A stretch of 64,000 nt of DNA from Squalus acanthias (taxonomy: Eukaryota). Under the pieces are notes generated by a model that saw nothing but the letters and a program-made list of their open reading frames with translations, made no database searches and was not told the origin of the DNA. Position numbers and translations under genes: made by a program. Below, piece by piece: positions 40,235-48,813 of this stretch; position 1 is the stretch's first letter, and each line of letters starts with the position of its first letter. The DNA lies in NCBI GenBank assembly GCA_030390025.1, contig CM059430.1:39804001-39868000 (forward strand), given 5' to 3'.

Positions 40235-40935
40235 GGGCCTAGAGTTTCCGTTAGTTATTAGCCTGAAATCGGCCAAACCAGTGTAAAAGATCGGGGAATT
40301 TTAAGCACAAGTTACGTCGAGCGCAAGTCGAGTTTCCGCGATCTTTAACGCTGGTTTAAAAATCATCGCGCTGGAAGCTGGCCCAGCCCCCAGATTGAAA
40401 TAATGAGCATGACGAGTTTTGACCGATTGCGTCCATTCGAGGAGGCTCTTCAAATTAAGAGTGTTTTTTTTAGGAGCACAGGCACGTTTTAAAAGTTTTA
40501 AAATATAATATTTAATTTACTAAGAAACTGACTAGTGTACACCAATGAAACTAGTAAATGGTTCAGTATAGATTTTTTTTAAGTCATTTTCAGTTATTTA
40601 AAATCAGGTTACTCGCAGGTGGTGGACTAGACACTCTGATTAAAAATGATTATTTTTTGTGATAAATCCATTTTCACCTGTATTAATAAAATGGCACCAG
40701 ATTACCACTCTTTAATATATCAAGGAATATTTTTAATGCAAGGAAAAAAATAAACAATTATGTTTTATTACACTGCCCGATTGCGCTGATTCATGGCAGA
40801 TTTTACGTTTGTGATTATGCAAATGAGTTTGAGTGAAAACTTGAACCATAAAATCGCTTTGGAAAGGACAGTGCAATTTCAACCGCAATTTGCGCTAAGA
40901 TTGCCAATTGCGCCCAAAGCGGAAACTCTAGCCCC
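40235..40935. mobile_element. MITE with 16-bp TIRs in an SNX20 intron
   Basis: GGGCCTAGAGTTTCCG...CGGAAACTCTAGCCCC; AT-rich centre; TSD ambiguous. Confidence 0.75.
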
Positions 40936-41092
40936 AAGGCGATAATCTTGTCTGAGGCGTCAGATGGCAGTTGTAACCTGCTTGAGATTTTGGTCCAGTG
41001 ATATAAGATGTCCTTTGTACCCCTTGTAATCACTCTTTGTCCATTATCTTCTGCACAATCACAAGAGATCCAGTCTGCTGAATCAAACTTAC

Positions 41093-41244
41093 CACATATT
41101 TGGACCCCTGATCTTCTACAATTCTAGTTTCTGGTATTTCAAAGAGCAGCCGGATTGGCTTCACCTTCTTATTCACCGTGTTCCAGTACTGCAACTGTTG
41201 CTGTGTGGTCAGTGTGGCTTCTGGGACTGCAGTGCTGTAAGGGG
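41093..41244 (-). CDS. SNX20: SNX20 middle coding exon (152 bp), start of PX domain
   Basis: Not in the ORF track. Minus strand reads ttctccctttcttag|CC CCT TAC...AAA TAT GTG|gtaagt, encoding PYSTAVPEATLTTQQQLQYWNTVNKKVKPIRLLFEIPETRIVEDQGSKYV, similar to SNX20 'MTTRELQQYW...[21 protein letters not shown]'. Phase 1 in, phase 0 out, matching both neighbouring exons. Confidence 0.92.
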
Positions 41245-41439
41245 CTAAGAAAGGGAGAAAACCTAGTTTATTTTAGCTTATTGGCACATCAGTAAAACAT
41301 TAAACTTGCAACTTTTTACTACTGGCTTAGAATCAACCCAGTAACACCATCAATATAATAGTCCAGTTCTTTGTTGTGTTGGATTATGAGAGAATACTTA
41401 TTAAAGATATCACATTTCCTTATGCCTGTGCCCTATCAG

Positions 41440-42090
41440 TCCTTAGAATCAGAAATTATAGCACAGAAGGAAGCCATTTGGCCTATTGGACTTGCACCAG
41501 TGCTAGCTCTTCAACTGAAGCTATCTATTCAAATCCCATTTCCCTGTATCCTTTTATATTCCTTTTCAAATATTTATCCAATTCTCTTTTAAATGCTATA
41601 GACTCTGCCTCAATAGCTACTTGTAGTAACATTTTCTGTGTTCTGATAGCATTATGTTAAAAAATTCTTCGAACTTCTGATTTAATTCTTCTAGTGATAA
41701 CCTAGAGTCCATAACCCCTTGTTACTAATTTGCCACAATGAGAAAATCTTTCACAATTAAACCTTTCATAATTTTGAAAATCTGTGTTAGATCCCTCCCT
41801 TAACCTTCTCTGTTCCAGTGAGTAAAAAGAAAGTTTTTGAGCCTTTCTTTATCTCATTTCTGGCATGATTCTAGTGAATCTTCCATGATTTTAATATCCT
41901 TTCTATAATGGGGTGCCCAAAACTGCACACAATATTTAATCTGTGGCCTAACCAATGTCTTGTAAAAATTCAACATAATTTCCTTTTATATTCAATGCCC
42001 TTGTATAAAACTCAGAATCTCTTTTACCTTTTTAATGGCCTTTTCTACACCTTTAAAGATCTTTTTATCCACACTCCTGGATCCTTCCTG
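41440..42090 (-). mobile_element. Old degenerate CR1 3' fragment; a younger CR1 tail lies at about 42320-42418
   Basis: agaatcagaaattatagcacagaaggaagccatttggcc tail signature; ggggtgcccaaaactgcacacaatat corresponds to the CVQFW region. Confidence 0.65.
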
Positions 42091-42554
42091 ACTCAGCAGA
42101 TGGGATTTTCTGCTCCTGCAATCACATCCATGATTTTCCGTCCGTTAAACTGAATAGGTGGAAAACCAGAGGCAGAAAAACCCGGCCAGTCTGTTGTTTT
42201 AACATGCTGTACCAACATGCTGCCCTGTCTATTCCAGGTTTAGGGAGAATAGTTCACTCATGTTTAATGTCTTGTGCTGTTTTACTCAGGATAAAACTGA
42301 GCACAAGAAGCCAGCGAAATCATAGAATCATAGAATAATACAGCACAGAATGAGGCCATTCGGCCCATCAAGTCTGCACCGGCTCTTTCGAAGAGCAATC
42401 CAGTTAGTCCAACTCCCCGAGGATATTTCGACCTATATCCTGATTGAGTTGGAAAGCATTCAAATTGCTCAACATCTTTACAATAACACAACTTAGCATT
42501 AAATGTAGTAGTGAAAATAACTTTTAATGTGATTGGTTACACCACCTCTTTTAC

Positions 42555-42735
42555 CTGCTTTGTTTTGTGGTGAAACTCCACCCACTGTGTCGCACCCTTG
42601 TGCACAGATAACTGTGCTTCCAGTACCAGTAACACTTTCTTCTTTATTAGGCTTTTTATTGCAAAATGCTGCTGAACATTCATTGTTCACTGATGAATTT
42701 TGTTGTTTGCTAATCTGATCATTGTCATCTTCCAT
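42555..42735 (-). CDS. SNX20: SNX20 first coding exon (exon 42555-42747, ATG at 42735), 60 codons + 1 nt
   Basis: Acceptor ttttacttgttacag|GTTGTTGCAGCAATGG (A at -3, G at +4); encodes MEDDNDQISKQQ...SPQNKA; donor GCAG|gtaaaa is phase 1 and joins the next exon as G+CC (Ala). Sequence is poorly conserved, so the call rests on splice sites and phase. Total CDS 181+152+672=1005 nt. Confidence 0.75.
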
Positions 42736-44024
42736 TGCTGCAACAACCTGTAACAAGTAAAAGCAGAAGGTTATATTTTTGAATTTGTCTGTTCTAAGAG
42801 ATCCTATGGATAACATTAACTAACTGTAAAGGTTGCTGAGGTGTAGATGAATTGTGTTATTGGATGCAGTATTTTTACAGTAGTATGTTTCCTAAGTCCA
42901 AGTCCTAATTTGGAGGATTTGTTGTTTGTACTTATCTAAAAGAATGAACAAAAGACAAACACTTTTATTCTCAGAAATGTCTCAAGGTGCTTAACATTTA
43001 AAGAATTCCTTTGAACTGAACTGAGGCAAGTGTGACAGTTATTTTGCACACATTTTGAGCTGGCTGAAATTTGGAGGGCGAGTGGCATCGGGTCACCCGA
43101 TTGGTGCTCACAGCTTGCCATGATTATGATGATGAGGCTCAAGGACATATTTAGGAAGGTCCTCGGGCCTTGCCGTTCTGGCACGCCCCCTAGCTGTGCA
43201 CCGCACGTATCACATCTGGTTTTTGGAGCTAATGAATTTAGGACCCTCTGTTTCTCAAATATTCCTTGAGACATGGAGGGTCCTAAATTCATTAGCACCA
43301 AGAGAAATCACTTTAATTTCTCTCATCAATGTCTCCTATAGTTTCATGCTTGTTTCATTTCCTGTTCTTTACTCAAGCACTTTGCAAGTCTTTCTATTTC
43401 TTTTCCTTCATGTGTGTATTTTTTTGCCCATTCCTTTCCCTTTGTTCTGTTCCCGTTTAACTGCTGGTCATCTGTAAGATCTTCCACTTGGCTCTCAGTA
43501 TCCAAGCAAGTGGGCAATGATTGGCTAAAAGAAGGGATGATTTTTAGCAAACTGTAATCTCAAATTCTGAAAATTGATATGAGGATGTCATGTACATCAC
43601 TGGGTCAATCTTAGACTTCTAAAACCCATTAAACCCAGAAGAAATGCTGCCAAGTTAGTGAACTGTTCAATGGTTCCCAAAGTCTAATTGCAACTGGACA
43701 TGCAACCTTGCCTATGGTGCGCTAAAGGTTTATAAATATTGTGATCAGCAGAAATCCTGAGATTGAATCCTGGAATACTCTACAACATCCTCCTTTATCC
43801 TATTTTAGAGACAAATCTCTTGTGACACATTTTATCAAATGTCTTCTGAAAGCCTAGATGTCTAAACATCTGTTACATTACACTTGTCTACCAAGTCAGT
43901 TATATCCTCGAGGCTGGGCTGGGAATAACTGTCTTTACTCTTGTTAAATATGCTTGATTTGCTTTCTTTCTGATAGGCTCCAGTGTTTTTTTCCTACAAT
44001 AGATGACAAGCAAGCAGGCATTTA

Positions 44025-44125
44025 AAACAACAACAGAAAACGCTGGAAATACTCAGCAGGCCAGGCAGCATCCGTGGAGAGAGAAACAGAGTTAACGTTT
44101 CAGGTCGAAGACCTTTCGTCAGAAC
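44025..44125 (-). mobile_element. Roughly 101-bp Penelope pLTR-derived insertion
   Basis: Homologous to 48531-48630; flanked by CAGGCATTTA (44015-44024) and CAGGTATTTA (44126-44135). Confidence 0.75.
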
Positions 44126-44126
44126 C
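44090..44126 (-). ncRNA. Minimal type I hammerhead ribozyme motif (family A)
   Basis: Minus: GGTT-CTGACGA-A-AGGTC-TTC-GACCT-GAAA-CG-TT^AACT; core CUGANGA/GAAA/UH, stems I and II, palindromic ACGT in place of stem III. Confidence 0.7.
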
Positions 44127-44458
44127 AGGTATTTATCCTGGGATCATGTTTTCAAAAATGTAAACATTAGTTATGTTATGATCAATATCTTTTAATTTAA
44201 TGAGCTGTGAAACATTTCAGCTACAAATTCTCTATGGTCTACTCTCTTCTTCTTAAATATTTTCTTATGAATATTTATCAGCTTCAGATTTTCTTAAATG
44301 GCCATTTTGTTACTAATTTGTATTTTCTCCAAGAATTTAAAAATGCATCTCTTACCTTTTATATGAGTCATGATGTGGAGATGCCGGCGTTGGACTGGGG
44401 TGGACAAAAATGAGAAGTCGCACAACACCAGGTTATAGTCCAACAGATTTATTTAATT

Positions 44459-44496
44459 TTACAAGCTTTCGGAGCTGTCGCTCCTTCCTCAGGTAA
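44459..44496 (-). ncRNA. Hammerhead motif (family B), inverted copy
   Basis: Mirror copy with a perfect stem II, GGAGC-GACA-GCTCC. Confidence 0.72.
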
Positions 44497-44793
44497 GTTA
44501 GCAGTGAGAGAATCTCCCAGAATTCACAATTTAAACACAGACAAAATCTATTCAAATATTACCCTACATCAAAGACACACTAAGAGCACAGCCAAGACAA
44601 TGAGATGTGTCCCAGGGGGTCCAACGTGTCAAACCACCTGCTGGCTGCATATCCTGTCAATTTGTGTTGGTTTCTTGTGTTAGTCTTTTTTAAAAAAAAC
44701 ACCTGGGAAGACCGGCCATGATGTCAAGTCACGTTCTGTATCGTGACATGAACCCGATATCGCGATTGAGGCCATCCTCATGAGTGCCAAATC

Positions 44794-45183
44794 ATGGACA
44801 CAGATACCATCATCACACATGAGGACACTACCCACCAGGTACACGGTACATACTCATGTGACTCGGCCAACGTTGTCTACCTGATACGTTGCAGTAAAGG
44901 ATGCTCCAGAGCATGGTACATCGGCGAGACCATGCAGACACTGAGACAACGTATGAACGGACACCGCGCAACAATCGCCAGGCAGGAGGGTTGCCTCCCA
45001 GTCGGGGAACACTTCAGCAGCCAGGGGCATTCAGCCTCGGATCTGCGGGTAAGCGTCCTCCAAGGCGGCCTTCGGGATACACAACAGCGCAAAATCATAG
45101 AGCAGAAACTGATAGCCAAGTTCCGCACTCATGAGGATGGCCTCAATCGCGATATCGGGTTCATGTCACGATACAGAACGTGA
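44794..45183 (+). CDS. GIY-YIG endonuclease domain of the Penelope-like element (truncated ORF C-terminus)
   Basis: SCDSANVVYLIRCSKGCSRAWYIGETMQTLRQRMNGH...VGEHF...RKIIEQKLI...GLN: VVY/YIG, conserved R, H, E, N and Cys/His ligands. RT is absent and the Met is probably not the true start. Confidence 0.85.
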   Translation: MDTDTIITHEDTTHQVHGTYSCDSANVVYLIRCSKGCSRAWYIGETMQTLRQRMNGHRATIARQEGCLPVGEHFSSQGHSASDLRVSVLQGGLRDTQQRKIIEQKLIAKFRTHEDGLNRDIGFMSRYRT

Positions 45184-45415
45184 CTTGACATCATGGCCGG
45201 TCTTCCCAGGTGTTTTTTTTTAAAAAGACTAACACAAGAAACCAACACAAATTGACAGGATATGCAGCCAGCAGGTGGTTTGACACGTTGGACCCCCTGG
45301 GACACATCTCATTGTCTTGGCTGTGCTCTTAGTGTGTCTTTGATGTAGGGTAATATTTGAATAGATTTTGTCTGTGTTTAAATTGTGAATTCTGGGAGAT
45401 TCTCTCACTGCTAAC

Positions 45416-45453
45416 TTACCTGAGGAAGGAGTGACAGCTCCGAAAGCTTGTAA
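45416..45453 (+). ncRNA. Minimal type I hammerhead ribozyme motif (family B) in the pLTR
   Basis: TTAC-CTGAGGA-A-GGAGT-GACA-GCTCC-GAAA-GC-TT^GTAA; stem I TTAC/GTAA; palindromic AGCT. Confidence 0.72.
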
Positions 45454-45848
45454 AATTAAATAAATCTGTTGGACTATAACCTGGTGTTGTGCGACTTCTC
45501 ATTTTTATATGAGGACTTTGATTAAGCAGGTGGTGATGAGTAAGTCTGATTATGCAGCATCGGACTTAGAGATCTAAAACATTAAGCTGACTGACACATT
45601 GCAAACTGCCCTGTGTAAGTCCTACCAGGTTGAAGGCAGATGTCTGTCTAATAGTTGATGTGCAAAACTTGGTATGCAGGCATTGGATACCATTAAATGG
45701 GAGCTGCATGTGTGATTGTGCACTAATATAGCCAGGGTTCTGTGCCAACCTTGATTAGGTTGTGGAGAGCCAAACAATTACTGCTTAAGCTCCATACTTT
45801 TGACTGATGACTATCATTTATGTTCATGTTGTGCTCAGATGTTATGCT

Positions 45849-45857
45849 ACTCACCTT
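45849..45857 (-). promoter_or_regulatory. Candidate splice donor of a non-coding SNX20 exon 1
   Basis: Consensus AAG|GTGAGT on minus in non-repetitive sequence. The first coding exon has an acceptor, so an upstream exon must exist. An ETS-type ACAGGAAGTG lies at 46397-46406. Inference only. Confidence 0.35.
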
Positions 45858-47134
45858 GCAACGTGAGGGGGATTCCTGGTACCACATGTCTTTCTAGTGT
45901 ATTTGTCAAGTGTCTAATGGCAAATGGTGGCTATCCTCCATGTGTGGGGGAGGGAGTGATGGGGAAGAGTGGGAAGTAAGCAGGGTTCCTTTGGGGTCTA
46001 TTTGACCCCAGGATCGCATGCCTGGTGATGAGAGTAGATCTTCCCTTGTAAACTCAGTAATCCAATCTCTGAGCCAGGCAGGTTTGCCATACTCTAGGGC
46101 ACTGTTGATTGCTGAGATTTTAATGTTGTTTTTCTCCATCTAATCTTAACATTTCATTTGAACCCCTTTTTAACTTTAGAATTAACTTGAAAATCTTTTA
46201 CCTGTTTTCTTTTTCACCCTGGCTCCCACCATCCATTTTGTGAGTGGGAACAACTTCTAAACAATAGTTTTCTTTGATTGAAAATAAGTTTTAAAAGCTT
46301 ATTTACCAGCCAATTAAAATACCTAAACCTTAAGATTGGCCTGGTAATGGCAATGACTCAACAAAATTAATCTATCATATGTAACATTGCTTCAAAACAG
46401 GAAGTGACTCTGCCAAATGAGAATACTTGTCAGCAGCCCCTGATGCCGAGCAGTGTAAACTCATCTGTGGCATGGTAGGCAAGTACAACTAAGCCTTTAC
46501 ATTTTGCACACACATAAAGCATTTCCTGTGTTTCCACATGGATGCACATTTGACAATCTTCATGCATTTTATGTAAATGTTGCTAAATAAAGCACGTTGG
46601 TAATAATCTCCTGAGGGTTCTGTAAATGTCGAGCTTAAAACCCTGAAACTTTCTTCTATGATCATGTTGAATGTGCATAGAATCTTTCTTGAGTTATTAG
46701 GTGCTCTCCTGAGCTTTAGAGAACCAGCTACACTGAAACTTTATTAACACGATATCCATGACCTCCTAGATTGGGGTACCCAAACTACCATCACTGAGCC
46801 ACTTGGAGCCTGTGAGTCCTAACAATCTAGCCCACAAAGCTTCTATTTCTTATTTGCTAACTTGTTCTCTTTGAACTTCATGAGACTGGAAGTTTCAAAT
46901 GAGCTGCTGTTAGTGTTTTGCCTTAATCGTGGATAAATCAGAGCACCAAGATCTGTTAGTGAACACAACTTGAGATCCATACAAATGAAGGGAAAGATTC
47001 ATTAATCTTTATATATGTCCCACGAAGCTCTCTGGTATGCAACTAAAGTGGCTCATGAGGGTAAAAAGCTTGGCCACACCTGCCCTAGAACATGGTAGAC
47101 TGCAAGGAGACCCATGCTTTGTGGGCTGATTGTA

Positions 47135-48060
47135 TAATTACATAGAATTTTACAATACAGAAACAGGTCATTTGTCCCAACAGCTCTATGCCGGTGTTTA
47201 TGCTCCACAAGAGCCTCCTTTCACCTTACTACATCTCACCCTAGCAACATGTCCTTCTATTCTGTTCTCCCTCATGCACTTATCTAGCTTCCACTTAAAT
47301 GCATCTATGCTATTCGCCTCAATCACTACATATGGTAGCGAGTTTCACAGTCTCACCACTCTCTGAGTAAAGAAGTTTCTCCTGAATTCCTTATTGGATT
47401 TATGAGTGACTACCTTATATTTATGACCCCTAGTTTTGGGCTCTGCCACACGTCTACCCTATCAAACCCCTTCATAATTTTAAGGACCTCTATCAGGTCA
47501 CCTCGGAGTTTTCTAGAGAAAAGAGCCCCAGCCTGTTCTGTCTTTCAGAATTTATAATCATTCCACGTTCCATGGTAGAAGCCAATAGTTGATTGTTGCA
47601 GTGATTTTTCACAGCTACAGATAATGCAGTGGTGATTACAAGATCATAATGGATGAGGAAGGACATTCGGCCCATTTGATTCATCCATCCAGAGAAATCC
47701 TAATGCCCCCTCACCCATTGTTGCATTCAACTGTTACTTAAACGATGCTGGGGATTTTGCCTCCTCTACTTTATCTGGAAGTTTAATCCACATGTTGATT
47801 ACTCTGTGTGAAGAAAATATTCCTGCTATCTATCGTAAATGTACCCTCGCTAGTTTAAACCTATGTACCCTAGTTCTAATTTAAAGTAATGTTCTGGATT
47901 CACTTTTTCTATACTTTTAACAATCTTATATACCTCTCTTAGATCACCTCTCACACACCTCTTTTCCAGGCTAAAAAGCTCAAGTTTCTCCAGTCATTTC
48001 TCATAATTCATAACCCTGACACAAGGGATTAGCCTCATCACTCTTCTATGCACAGCCTCT
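47135..48060 (-). mobile_element. Two CR1 3' fragments (about 47135-47545 and 47640-48060)
   Basis: CR1 tail signatures and ORF2 C-terminal relics (RLGLFSLE); homologous to 57730-58030. Confidence 0.7.
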
Positions 48061-48530
48061 GCACTGCCAAAAAAAAACGCACCACAGGTTGACTGGACTG
48101 TACATGGTAAGCTGAGTGCAAGTTTTCTTGTCATGTCCAGTCGAGGTCACAAAACTCAACTTTTCCAAATAAAGGATAATGCTCTGACAGGACTTTGCAA
48201 ATGCCCAACAAGATATGTATTTGTACTAGGCCATGGCACCATCTTTCAAAGAACATTCTTCTTTTATTTTTGAACAAACAATCCCTCCCTGAACCTACTA
48301 TAACAGTTGAAATGAAATTTGTTGTTATCCATCGGTGTACACATTCAAACATACGTCAAGAATGGCGGTCTTATGTTTCAGTGTCAAGTGTATCCTGGGG
48401 AGCGCTTCTTTTGCCTCAGTCTGGTGTTCTGAGCCATATAGTATAGATTGATGCCAGTGGATTTCACACTTCTTTCAGCCTTAACCTGTCACATTAACAC
48501 CACCTCTCGCCTTGCATATCTCTTAATGAA

Positions 48531-48567
48531 AGTTCTGACGAAAGGTCATCGACCTGAAACGTTAACT
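48531..48567 (+). ncRNA. Minimal type I hammerhead motif (family A), copy 1 of tandem pair
   Basis: AGTT-CTGACGA-A-AGGTC-ATC-GACCT-GAAA-CG-TT^AACT. Confidence 0.72.
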
Positions 48568-48776
48568 CTCTTTCTCTCTCCACGGATGTTGTCTGGCCTG
48601 CTGAGTTTTTCCAGCGTTTTCTGTTGTTATTTCGGATTTCCAGCATTCGCAGTATTTTGCTATCATATCTCTTAATGTCTCTTAATGTCTCTTAATCCCC
48701 CCTTTGTTCCTTTATCCCCTCCCCCTTTTCCCAGCTTTATCCTGGCCTTAAATCTATTTGATTTCCGGCTCTTTCC

Positions 48777-48813
48777 AGTTCTGACGAAAGGTCATCGACC
48801 TGAAACGTTAACT
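48777..48813 (+). ncRNA. Minimal type I hammerhead motif (family A), copy 2 of tandem pair
   Basis: Identical to 48531-48567. Confidence 0.72.

Larger units (their letters stand above)
44368..45506 (+). mobile_element. Penelope-like retroelement, 5'-truncated, with inverted pseudo-LTR; TSD ATATGAG
   Basis: GIY-YIG ORF between 382-bp inverted arms (44406-44787 and 45125-45506); ATATGAG at 44361-44367 and 45507-45513. Confidence 0.93.

Noticed and set aside
42748-42816. N-terminal extension of the 42499-42816 ORF as part of SNX20
   Set aside because: It reads through the polypyrimidine tract and acceptor, so it is intronic.
48515-48700. CRISPR-like or telomere-like short repeats (TCTCTTAATG)n
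   Set aside because: Eukaryotic context, no unique spacers; consistent with slippage inside a Penelope-derived insertion.
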